A program made the translations under genes and the position numbers. Under the pieces are notes generated by a model. The model was not told where the DNA came from, ran no database searches, and saw only the letters and a program-made list of their open reading frames with translations. A stretch of 64,000 nt of DNA from Felis catus (lineage: Eukaryota): contig NC_058383.1 of assembly GCF_018350175.1 (NCBI RefSeq), positions 13,332,001 to 13,396,000 on the forward strand. The letters are read 5' to 3'. Below are positions 1 through 11,150 of this stretch, piece by piece (the first letter of the stretch is position 1; each line of letters begins with the position of its first letter).

Positions 1-2945
1 TATCTGTTCAACTGCTAAAGGGCATCTTGGTTGCTTTCAAAGTTTAGCTATTATAAATAAAGGTGTGATAACATCTGTCCTAGGTTTTGGTGTAGACATA
101 AGCTTTCAACTCATTTGCATAAATACCAAGGAGCACAATTTCCAGATCTTATGGTTGACAGTATGCTTAGTTTTGGAGAAACTGCCAAACTGTCTTCCAA
201 AGTGGCTGTACCACTTTGCATTCCCATTAGCAGTGAATGACATTTCCTTCGGCTCTTTTGTCCTTGCCAGCTTCGGCATTGTCAGTGTTGCGGAATTTTA
301 CACTGTAATAGATGTGTAGTAGTATCTGGCTGTTGTAACATGCAATTTTCTAATGACATAATGTTGCACATCTTCTGGTGTACTTCCTTGCCATGTGTAT
401 ATCTTCTTTGGTGACGTGTCCTGTTCAGGCCTCTTGCCTATCTGTTAATGAAGCTTGTCATGTTCTTTTTATTGAGTTTTCTGAGTTTTGTTACATAGTT
501 TGCATAACAAGCTATGGTCAGTTATGTCTTCTCCAAATATTTTCTCCCAGCCTGTGGTTTGTCTTCTCATTCTCCTGACATTATCTTTCACAGAACAGAA
601 ATTTTTCCTTTTAATGAAGTTAAGCTTATCAGTTACTTAGTTCATGTGTTGTGCCTTAGGTGTTGTATCTAAAAAGTCGTTGCTGTGCCCAAGCTTAGAT
701 AGGTTTTCTCCTCTGTTATCTTTCAGGAATGTTAATAGTTTTATATTTTGTATTTTTGTCTTTGATATTTTTGAGTCAATTTTTGTGTGGGGTGTCAGGT
801 CTGGGTTTAGACTCCTTGTGTTTTTCTTTTTTGTGTGTGAATGTCCAGTTGTCCCACCACCATTTGGCAAAAAGACTTGTCTTTGCTCCATCGTATTTCC
901 TTTGCTCCTTTGTCAAAGATCAGTTGACTACATTTACATCTATTTCTGAGCTATTCTGTCGCAGTGGTCTGTTTGTCTCTTTTGTCACTAATACCATGGT
1001 GTCTCAGTTGCTGTAGATAAATAATAAGTGCATTAGTCGACATTTATTCTTAATAAGTCTAGAAGTTGAGTTATGTCAGTTCTTCAGCTTTGCTCTTCTA
1101 ACATTGACTTAGCTATTCTAAGACCCAGAGGTCTTTTGTCTCTCTCTATAAACTTTAGAATCAGTTTGTCGAGATGCATAAAATATCTTGCTGGGATTTT
1201 GATTGGAAGTCAATTGAATCTGTAGATCAAGCTGGGAAGAAATGACATCTGGACCATATTGAGTCATCTTATTCGTGAACATGGAATATCTCTCCATAAA
1301 TTTAATTCTTCTTTGGTCCCCTTTATGAGAACTTTGTAATTTCCACACATAAATTTTGTACAGGTTATAAGTTATACATCTTGTTAGATTCATAACTAAA
1401 TATTTCATTTGGGGGGTGCTTATGTCAGTGATAATATCTTAATTACAAATACCAACTTATTCATTGCTGGTATATAGGAAAGCAATTGATTTTTGTAATA
1501 TTAACCTTGTATCTTGCAACCTTGCTCTAATCACTTATTAGTTCTAGGAATGTCTTTTGGATTTTTTACATTGGTGATCATATCATCTGAAAACAAAAAC
1601 ACATGTATTTTTTCCTTCTCATGTGTATACCTGTTATTTCCTTTTTTTATCTTATAGCATTAGCTAGGACTTCCAGTATGATGTTGAAAAGGAATTCTGA
1701 GGGGAAATATCCTTGCCTTGCTATTAAGCTAACACCAGAAACCTTTGAGAATTTTATTATTAATTATGATATTAACTGTAGATATTTTGTTGATATTCTT
1801 TTCAAGGTGAGGAAGATCCTTTTTATTCCTAGTTTGCTGAGAACTTTTATCATGAATTGGTATTGGATTTTGACAACAGCTTTTTTTCTGCATCTATTAA
1901 TATAATCACATGATTTTTCTTCTTTAACCCTTCTGATATGATAGATTACATTCATAGATATTCAAATGTTGAACCATCCTTGCTTTTCTGGCAGAAATAC
2001 TACTTGGTAATGGTGTATCATTTTTTAAATACATTGTTAGATTTGATTTGCTAATACTTTATTGAGGATTTTTACGTATATGGTCCTGACAGATAATGGT
2101 CTATAGTTTTCTTTTCTTCTAATGTCCTTGTCCAGGTTTGAGATTAAGGTAATGCAGGCCTCATGGAATGAGTCATGAAGTATTCTGTCTTCTTCTATAT
2201 TCTGGAAGAGATTGTAGATAATTGCTGTAATTTCTTCCTTAAATATTTAGTAGAATTCACCAATAAACCCATCTGGGTCTGGTGTTCTTTGTTATGGAAA
2301 ATTAATTGTTGATTCCATTTCTTTAATCAGGTCTATTCAGATTATCTCTCTCTTCTTATGTCAGTTTTGCCATAGTGTATCTCTCATGGAATTGGTTCAT
2401 TTCATCTAGGTTGTCATTTGTGGCATAGAATTCTTCATAACATTCCTTTATTATCCTTTTAATGCCTGTGGGGTATGTAGTGCTATCCTCTCTTTCAATT
2501 TCTGATATTAGTAACTTCTGTCTTCTCTTTTTTATCTTAGCCAGGGTAGAGGCTTATTGACTTTTAATTGATCTTTTCAAAGAACCAGCTTTTGGTTTTA
2601 TTGACTTTCTCCATTGATTTTGTTTTCAGTTTCATTGATTTCTATTCTAATTTTTATGATCTCTTTTCTTCTGCTTACTTAGAATTTAATTTACTCTAAT
2701 TTATCTAGTTTCCTAAGGTGAGAGCATAGATTATTTGCTTTAGATCTATCTTCTTTTCTGATACATACTTTCAGTGCTATAGATTTTCCTTTCAGGGCTG
2801 TTTTTGCTATATTCCACATATTTGGATATATACTTTTACTGTTATTTAGTTCAAAATACTTTTATTTTTACTTAGCTCAAAGTATTTAGTTCAAAAAATT
2901 TTCTCTTGGGATTTCTTCTTTGACCCATGTGTTATTTTAAGAGGT
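1..2945 (-). mobile_element. Old L1M LINE-1 fossil: ORF2 (RT to C-terminus), running off the window start
   Basis: Minus-strand ORF fragments match L1 ORF2. 1764-1955 NVIYHIRRVKEEK...KIQYQFMIKVLSKLGI resembles NVIHHINRTKDK...KIQHPFMLKTLNKLGI. 637-891 LNPDLTPHTKIDSK...NDFLDTTPKAQ resembles LDPFLTPYTKINSR...KDFMTKTPKA. Many stops and frameshifts. Confidence 0.93.
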
Positions 2946-4149
2946 TATGTTTTCTGGAAGGTTTTTACTGTTCAAAACTGTCACTTTCAGGGCCCCCACC
3001 CCTTGCCAACCCAGAAGCACTGATTTGTAACACGCTGCTCAAGAGATTGGAGGAGTCAGCCCAACACATGTCTGTAGACCTTAGTTGTACGTGTATAGAA
3101 TGTACTTTGAAAGCAGTCCCAGTTATAATTACTACCTGATTTAATTACAGGCATATTTGTGTTAGCGAGTTTTAATCTTGCTTCTCTTTTCTTGCTCGGG
3201 TATAGCTTGTCCAAGACTCATTCAGATAATTTATCTAAATCTGACCCTTTATTGTATTTGATCCTTTTCCTGCCACATAGTTTGTCATACTTGTGCAAAG
3301 ACTCTTATTACTTTTGGTAGGATACTGTGTTATTGGGGAGAGCAGGAAGAAGACTGCATTGGTTCTTGCTGGAAGTTTTTTAGTGGGTTCAGTTATTCCT
3401 TTATTTGAGAAAATTGCTGAATGAGTTTTATTTATACTAAGTTACTTTTTTGAAAATGGAATCTCTACTTTTAAACCTGCTGATTCCTATGTATATAAGA
3501 TTTCTTTAAGCAACAGATAACCCTTTTAATGGTTTTATTCTTGATTCCATTCATCAAACTAATTTTATTGTTTTTCATCATTCAGCAATAGGCTCATTTT
3601 TGCTTCATTTACTCTTTTGAAGCAACAGAATCGTTTATGCATTTTTCCTTTTTCATTTTCTGCTTTCCACCCCCCACTTCCATTTGGTCCTATAACATAA
3701 AATTGCAAAACGTGAGCCTGAATAATAAAGGAACACTTCGTTGATTGCTAAACATATATTATAGTGACTTTAAACTCATTTCGGGTCATCGTGCTGCCAA
3801 TTAGTTTGATTACAAGCATTTAAGCTGTCACACATAGAGCCTTCTGCTTCCTAGGGTTTCACTTTCAAATCATGAAAACTGAGTGCTCTGTATTCTCTAT
3901 GTATGCAGCTCACTTTTAATATTTTGCCAAAAACCTATGTGTCATAAAGATCACCCACCGTTTCAGAGCCTATATCAGGACAGTGTGCAATTTTGGAGCA
4001 GTGGCACAATTTTATTTAAATATTTATTTTAAAAAATTTATTTAAAAATATAACATTATGTTACATGTGTACATATGTGCAGGTGGGCGACTGTTAAAAG
4101 CACCTCTTTCTTTTCATTTTTGGACATAATCCACATTTGCAAATCATTG

Positions 4150-4450
4150 AAACTTTGGAATTTAAGTTATCGTTTGGTGACTGATATTTGGTTTGTGAGT
4201 GGAAAACTTTCAAAGAATTAAAACAAAGGAGAGGTACTAATGCAACACCCTCAATATAAGGAAATGTCCCAGGAGTGTTGGTAGATACAAAAAAAAATTC
4301 TAGGATATTAAAGTTTTGTAGAGTTGATGAGTTTGTTTAAAGACATTTTTAAAGCAAGGGTAAAACCATGACTCTTATACATTACAAGATAAGATGTACA
4401 TGTTTTAAAGATTTTATTTAATAAAGATGGAACTTGGCAGATACTATAAC
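4150..4450 (+). mobile_element. Degraded hAT (Charlie-like) transposase fragment
   Basis: Motifs occur in the expected order across frameshifts: TDIWFVSGKL at 4180 (cf. TEVRWLSRGKVL), SLFKDIF at ~4330 (cf. AYLADIF), GKTMT (cf. QGKNKT) and FINK..W (cf. FKRKLELW). Confidence 0.4.
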
Positions 4451-4954
4451 CAATTCAAAGAATCAAAAGAACAGACGCAATTGTAGACGAGAAATACTGA
4501 AATGAATGTGTAAATGGAAGCTCAGCTGACTTTGAGGAAGTCACTCGGGCCTCTACTTGACAAGACAGAATTTGCTTGATTATGTACAATAATTATTTTG
4601 CATTGCTATCACATACCTACAACTTCACAGAGTTGGAAATTGGCTTCCATGGAATCAGAAACACATAGTGCTGAAGAGTACCTATAGACAATGCTTGTGT
4701 TCCCTTGAAGCAAAAATTTCCCCTATTTGATCAAAAATAGTCTCAAAGGAGGGTCTGTTTCATTAGATATGGCCTGATTTTTTACATGGATATAGCAAGA
4801 ATGTAGTTTACTACATAAGCCTTTTCAAGTTCACTTTCCTTGTAAGGTTTTATAAACATTTCATATTGAACTTTTAGAAGTCTCTGGTATTTACTGTCTT
4901 GAGCTGGAAAGCCAATCCCAAGAAACTCTGTCCACCACCTGCAGTACCTGTATC

Positions 4955-5365
4955 CAGGGGACCCTTGCATGACACAGGTTTGAACTGTGGAGCTCACCTA
5001 TATGCAGATTTTTTTTCAATAAGTACAGTACAGGACTGGAAATGTATGTTCTCTTCCTTTATGATTTTCTTAATAATAACATTTCCTTTATGATCTTCTT
5101 AATAATAACATATCCTTTGTGATTTTCTTGATAATATTTTCTTTTCTCTAGCTTACTTTATTGTAAGAATACAGTATAGGATATATATATAAATATATAT
5201 ATAACATACTAAATATGTGTCAATCAACTGTTTATGTTATCAATAAGGCTTCTGGTCTATAGGCTGTTAGTAGTTATGTTTTTGGGGAGTCAGAAGTTAT
5301 ATGTGGATTTCTTACTGTGTAAGGCGTTAGTGTCCCTAACCTCTGTGTTGTTCAGGGGTCAACAG
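4955..5365 (+). mobile_element. Tigger2a-type MITE (TcMar-Tigger DNA transposon)
   Basis: Terminal inverted repeats caggggacccttgcatgacacagg ... ctctgtgttgttcaggggtcaacag, followed by TA. The body matches the Tigger2a/MER8 type (tttgaactg, ctagcttactttattgtaagaatacagtat, ttggggagtcagaagttata). Confidence 0.88.
5054..5140. repeat. 3 x 29-bp tandem repeat inside the Tigger MITE
   Basis: ttcctttatgattttcttaataataacat / ttcctttatgatcttcttaataataacat / atcctttgtgattttcttgataatatttt. Confidence 0.9.
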
Positions 5366-5503
5366 TATTTGGGTGAGTATCTTTTTTCTCAAAATTCCCC
5401 AAATATCCCAAGGTGGCCCTCTAGGAAGTGACATTCCTTCCTATTTATACAGGTGGACCCTGTAAAGCTGGAGACCAAGCTAGTTTTTCAATGTTTTTTT
5501 GTT

Positions 5504-5504
<1 letters not shown>

Positions 5505-5536
<32 letters not shown>
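5505..5536. repeat. poly(T)32
   Basis: Read directly from the sequence. Confidence 0.95.
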
Positions 5537-5538
<2 letters not shown>

Positions 5539-6243
5539 GTAATGGCTCCATGAAGTTAACCTTAATTCCTTAACTGTGTCTAATCATATCTGATTAAATG
5601 AGCATGACTCTCACATATGGTATTCCAGGCAAGGCATATTTTCCAGGCATATCCTAGTAAACAGGAAGACCAGTTCTTACTGAACCTATGCAGTAACTAT
5701 ATTGCCATGAAAACTAAGAAAACTTTGAGTTTCTCAATTCTGCATGGGTAGGGGGAGAAGCCGTTGAGAATGAAATATTATTTAAAAATACTATAGTGTA
5801 TAAAAGCAGAATATACTAAATCATTATGGATAATAATAAAAACTTAAAAAAAGAGAAAAACCTTTCTTATCTGCACAGAAAGAGAACATTAAAACAGTGT
5901 CAATGACATTACTAACAAAACAACCCATGGTGAGCCCTCAACAGTTAGTTCATTCAGCCCTGTATAATCAATCCATTCTTGCTCCACTGCATCCGGGTTA
6001 TTAATCACATGAATTTGTCTGCTTCTCAACTAAGAAGAGTTGTGGAAATCCCAACTCAGTCCACTGGTCTGATCTTAAAAGTTAGCAATGACATCAGAAG
6101 CCTGTATACAGGAGCCTCTTCTTTGAAGTCTTAGTTATTTGAATTACCTAGTATATGGTCCTTTTACATGGTGCTGCTTTGCTGAAGTCCAGAACTCTGG
6201 TGTCGCCCATTGCTGAATGTAGAGCTTTCAAGGAAACATCAGA

Positions 6244-6246
<3 letters not shown>

Positions 6247-6274
<28 letters not shown>
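6247..6274. repeat. poly(A), ~28 nt
   Basis: Read directly from the sequence. Confidence 0.9.
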
Positions 6275-6277
<3 letters not shown>

Positions 6278-6337
6278 TAAATAATAGACTTAACCTTTTC
6301 AAAGAGAAAAATCTGATAAAAATTCCTAACTAGAAAA

Positions 6338-6516
6338 GGGGCGCCTGGGTGGCTCAGTTAAGTGGCTGACTTCAGCACAGATCATGATCTCACAGTTCGT
6401 GAGTTCGAGCCCCACATCGTGCTCCGGAGCCTGCTTCGGATTCTGTGTCTCCCTCTCTCTCTGTCCCTCCCTGCTTATAATCTGTCTCTCTCAAAAATAA
6501 ACATTTTTTTTAAAAC
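6338..6516 (+). mobile_element. Can-SINE (tRNA-derived), small internal deletions
   Basis: ggggcgcctgggtggctcag head, gagttcgagccc B box, (CT)n and aataaa. TSD ttcctaaYtagaa at 6323-6335 and 6517-6529. Confidence 0.95.
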
Positions 6517-6958
6517 TTCCTAATTAGAATAATGAAACCAAGAAGGAAACTTGGTTGTTTCTGTAGCATGCAAAACAAAACTAACTTTAAAAAGTTTTAG
6601 AATTCTAAAATTTATGTTATACTTTGTAATATTATACTTTATAAGGTAATATTCTACAAAAAGGAAGCAAGTTCATCAGAACTGAGAAAACTTCGAAAAG
6701 ATTTTAACAGATTGCTTTTCTGTTCTGACTCAGATATTACAAACCAGTGCAAATAAAATTCATTTTTCAAGTTTTGTTCTTATGCTCTTTGATACTCTGG
6801 AACAAACAGATACTTAAGGACTGGTCTTAAGGAGTTCATAAAGCCAGAACTAATTCCATAATATTATTAAGTGCAATGTGTTTATTACTGCTAGTTAACA
6901 ATGAGTAAGTAAGCATTTTTTTTTCTACTTTCACTTCGCAATACAGAAAATATCAGTA

Positions 6959-6959
<1 letters not shown>

Positions 6960-6997
<38 letters not shown>
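6960..6997. repeat. (CA)19 microsatellite
   Basis: Read directly from the sequence. Confidence 0.97.
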
Positions 6998-6999
<2 letters not shown>

Positions 7000-7908
7000 T
7001 GTCATAGAGGTCCTCAATAAGTTTTAAGAGTGTTGTAAGGTATCTGGACACCAAAAATCCTGAGAACCACTGCTTTGGGGCAAAAATGTTCTTTTCCTTG
7101 GAAAACGGAAGCACATAGAGTTATAATATACAGAGTTATATTCCTTAGAAACTATTATTTTTAAATATAGTGTCAAGTGCTTAAAACTTTTATCTAAAGT
7201 AATTAAATTATATTTCACAGAAAAAACCTGAGGTGGGGTGGATAATTGTGAACTGGGAGTCCAATATCAGCATTTTAGCAAAGAACATGAATTTTTGTAA
7301 CTAACTTTCTAGAGCCATATACATCTCTTTTACAACCTCATAAAGTAGCAAAAATGAACAGATTAATTAACTTGACTGATATATAAAGCCTCTGTATAGC
7401 TTATAAAAATCAAAAGCAAAAAAATTTAAATTAGGATTAATAGTATGTCAGTATTCCTGCTTAATTACAAATGGCCAAGGTATCCAATGATTATCCATTA
7501 AATAACCCAATTTAATATTAGTCCAAAGTTTTAAGTTCTTAAATATTTTGGAAACTCTGTTCAAGCTGACATACTATAAACATAATTACTGTTGAAATAA
7601 AGTTTATCCGGATAATGATTAAATTTGGTCAAATTTACTTTTTCATAATCTTAAATAAAAAGGAGATATAATGCAAACTTAATTTGATCGATAAACTTGT
7701 ATGCATATGGGAAGAGCATTTGAAGTAGAAATTAAAATACACACTTTATTACACTTAGCACTGGTAAATCAGAGAATATATAGCTAATTTTATCAAATCA
7801 CATTTTATTAAACTAATCTTGTTTGGCAGATTTTTTAACTAAACTATGTTAATTAACTTGGATTTGTAAAATGTTTTTGAGTTGGTTTATTTAAGATTTT
7901 AATTTTTA

Positions 7909-8138
7909 GGGGTACCTGGTTGGCTCAGTCCGTTAAGCATCCAACTTTGGCTCAGGTCATGATCTCGCGGTTACTGTGTTCGATCCTTGCATCAGGCTCT
8001 GTGCTGACAGTGCCTGCAGCCTGCTTCAGGTTCTTTGTCTCCCTCCCTCCTCTCTTCCCCACCCCCCTCACATTTTGTCTATCTCTGTCTCACAAATAAA
8101 GAAACATTTTTAAAAAGTTTTTTAAAAAGGAGAAAAAA
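7909..8138 (+). mobile_element. Can-SINE
   Basis: ggggtacctggttggctcagtccgttaagc head, ggctcaggtcatgatctc, CT-rich region and A-rich tail. TSD is degenerate (aagattttaattttt / aagaatttattttt). Confidence 0.93.
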
Positions 8139-9601
8139 GAATTTATTTTTTAATCTACCACAACTTAAGTATTGGAAATTTAATTTCCTTATTTTCTGGG
8201 AATTTTAGGAAAAGTTAGTTTGTATAGGCTCTTATTTATACTCAATAGTATATTATTATAACAGATTTTTTAAAAGACTTTATAATCTTATCAATACTGT
8301 CTGGAGGTAGGAAAACATTACACACTCATATGTTGAAAGGCCAGTCATTTCTGAATTGTAGACACTTAAACATACAGATAGAAAAGGAGCTTACAATTCC
8401 AATTCTAAAAATGTCAGCCATACATCAAGAGAAAACACAGAAACAAACAAACAATAAAGAAAACCTCACTGGTCCAAATTGCAAAGAACTGTTCTCCTTC
8501 CCAGCGCATACAAATTTGTTAGTTACTGGAGCTCAAAACAGCGGGAAAAAAAAAAAAAAAAAAAAGACTAACCAAAATTCCTGTTGTTTCTCAAGTGTTT
8601 CATGTGATCAAAATCCGTACTTAAGGTTTGACACATTGCTTACAGCATCATTTCTGTGTTGCAGAATATATGTGTAGTTAACAATGTCATTCTCATTGAT
8701 AATTCAACAGACGTATCTGTTTCTCTTTGGGTTTCTGTGCATTTAGCAGCAGTAAGTAAAAGCAAAGTCTTTGTAAGTCTTTCTTCCGTTGACAATCAAA
8801 TTAATTCATAATATTCCAGGTCATGGTAAGATAACTGAGGAAAAATAGTTATGAAGAAATTTGTAACAGGGAGTGAATTTACTATTTCATTGGGAACTAA
8901 AAAGAAATGACAAATGCGTAAAACAATAGTTTGTAAGATATTGGACATAAGGTAGTAAAGGACCATGGTCCCTGAGAGACCATAAATGAACACAGTGATT
9001 CCTATGATTGCCCCAGCTTTCTGTCTCAAGAGAATGGCTTCCATGAGAAGGGGGAAGAGTTTAGGGGCACCAGGTGGACCCCAACAGACTTTGCATTGGC
9101 ACAAGATACTGAGAATCTGGGAGGAACGGGTATCTGGAGTTCACAGGACTAGATGGGATGGGGCTGCACAGAGGAAGAATCCCAGAATCTCCAGAGGATT
9201 GCTGTTAGTTATTTGGCAGAGTCTTAATCAGCTCATGCATGTTAGGAAACCGCCTAAGGCTAAGGGATGAACCATCCAAAAGGATTAGACAGAATAGTGT
9301 GTGGCACTTACTCATAGCCAGGAACGGTGCCTATTCCTACCAGTAACATTGGAAAACCTCAAGGTTCATGAAGCATTGAGTCAAGTGCATAGTACATGGT
9401 CTTTATTCAGTATTGATGAATAATTAATCCTAGACTGAGCGCTGCTGCAGTTTCTCCTAACACATTGTAAGTGAATGATTTGAAAGGATCAAAGTGTTTT
9501 CAAGGAACTTAACTGAATCGTAAAAGAATTGTGTGACATCCAATTAAGAATGTAGCTGACTCCTAGAACAACTGTGTGGCATACAATTAAAAAGCATAAG
9601 G

Positions 9602-9804
9602 GGGGCGCCTGGGTGGCGCAGTCGGTTAAGCGTCCGACTTCAGCCAGGTCACGATCTTGCGGTCCGTGAGTTCGAGCCCCGCGTCAGGCTCTCGGCTGAT
9701 GGCTTGGAGCGTGGAGCCTGTTTCCGATTCTGTGTCTCCCTCTCTCTCTGCCCCTCCCCCGTTCATGCTTTGTCTCTCTCTGTCCCAAAAATAAATAAAC
9801 GTTG
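9602..9804 (+). mobile_element. Young felid SINE (SINEC_Fc type)
   Basis: Near-consensus with CpGs retained (ggcgcagtcggttaagcgtccgacttcagccaggtcacg). Perfect TSD aaaagcataaggg at 9590-9602 and 9805-9817. Confidence 0.97.
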
Positions 9805-10959
9805 AAAAGCATAAGGGATGCAAGGAATCAAGAGAATTTGACTCATAATGAGAATATCAATTAGTCAATCAAAAGTGATGTAGAAATGATACAGACATTA
9901 GAATTGGCAGACAAGGACATTTAAAAAGTTAGCATAGTTGTATATCCCATATGTCCAAAAAAGTTAAATAACATAAAAACAAAAGTGAAATTCTAGACAC
10001 AACTGCGTGGCATGAGATAAACAGTATACTAAATGGGATTAATAGCAGGTAGATATCATAGGGGAAGAACAGAGCTCTTAAGAACAGAAGCTATCCAAAG
10101 TGAAATATGAAGAGACCATTAAAAAGATGAATAGGGCATCAGTGGGCTCTATGCCAACTTAAAACAGATTAATATGCATGTTTTTGGGAGTCTACAAAGG
10201 AAAGAAGAGAGAAGAGATAAAAATATTTGGAGAAAAAAATGTCTGAAATTTTCAAAATTGATGAAAACTATAAACCCACAGATCTAAATAGAAGAAACAT
10301 CAGAAGACCTCATACAAGAAAACCAAACAAGACATATAAGGAAGATAAGACACATTATAATCATATTTCTCAAAATGAGTGATAGAGATTCTTAAGAATA
10401 CTCAGAAAAACAAACAAACAAAAAGCCTAAGTGCAGGGTATCAAAGATAAGGACACAGCAGATTTCTTGCCAGAAGAAGATACAAGTGGGGAGACAATGG
10501 GGCAACATCTTTCCTGAAAGAAAGAGGTGCGAACCTAGAATTTTACACCCAGTGAACAGATCTTTGGAGAGGCACTGAGAAGAGACGAAAAGGTAATCCG
10601 CAGACTGTGAGAAAGGTTTTGCAAAGTATATGTCTGATAGAAGACTTATATCCAGAACATATAAAGAAATCTCAATCCTGAATGATAAGAGCACCTCATT
10701 CAAAGATGGACAGAAGATTTGAATAGACATTTTACTAAAGGAGATACACAGACCCCCAAATAAGCACACGAAAGATGCTCCACATGTGTCGTCGTTCCAG
10801 AACCCGTTTGCTGCCACGCATTTCTTACAGTGGTTGAAATGAAGATGACGATAAACAAGTGTTGGTGAGGAGATAAATGAAACGGCATTTTTCTGACACT
10901 ACTTGGGCACATCAAATGGTACAGCCTCTTGGGAAACGAGTTCAGCAGTTTCTTAAAAA

Positions 10960-11150
10960 GGAGGTTAGAGTGGGAGAGAGCCAAAGCATAAGAGACTCTT
11001 AAAAACTGAGAACAAACAGGGTTGATGGGGGGTGGGTGATGGGTATTGAGGAGGGCACCTTTTGGGATGAGCACTGGGTGTTGTATGGAAACCAATTTGA
11101 CCATAAATTTCATATATTGAAAATAAAATAAAATGCAAAAAAAAAAAAAA
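10960..11150 (+). mobile_element. 5'-truncated carnivore/felid L1 3'UTR with poly(A), inserted into the older L1M
   Basis: gagactcttaaaaactgagaacaaa..gaggagggcaccttttgggatgagcactgggtgttgtatggaaaccaatttgac plus an A tail. It splits the host sequence tttcttaaaaag|ttaaacat at a TT/AAAA site. Confidence 0.93.

Larger units (their letters stand above)
4690..8600 (-). mobile_element. ERV1 internal fragment (MER4/MER34-group, non-coding), interrupted by a Tigger2-type MITE, two SINEs and simple repeats
   Basis: Segments resemble MER4-group internal consensus: ttagatatggcctgatt..gcaagaatg; ccccaaatatc..aggaagtgacattcctt; ggctccatgaagttaaccttaattcct; ttcttactgaacctatgcagtaactatattgccatgaaa; cagtccactggtctgatcttaaaagtt. 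No LTR or ORF is retained. Confidence 0.7.

Noticed and set aside
5505..5544. T32-AG|GTAATG as a recursive splice site
   Set aside because: It lies inside ERV internal sequence, where a short T run appears to have expanded, and the donor is weak.
6338..6420. tRNA-like A/B boxes as tRNA genes
   Set aside because: Each sits in a Can-SINE head followed by SINE body sequence, so none is a tRNA gene.
9626..9823. SINE-spanning ORFs (also at 38366, 38389, 41611, 45689, 47450, 58466)
   Set aside because: They are translations of Can-SINE sequence, not genes.
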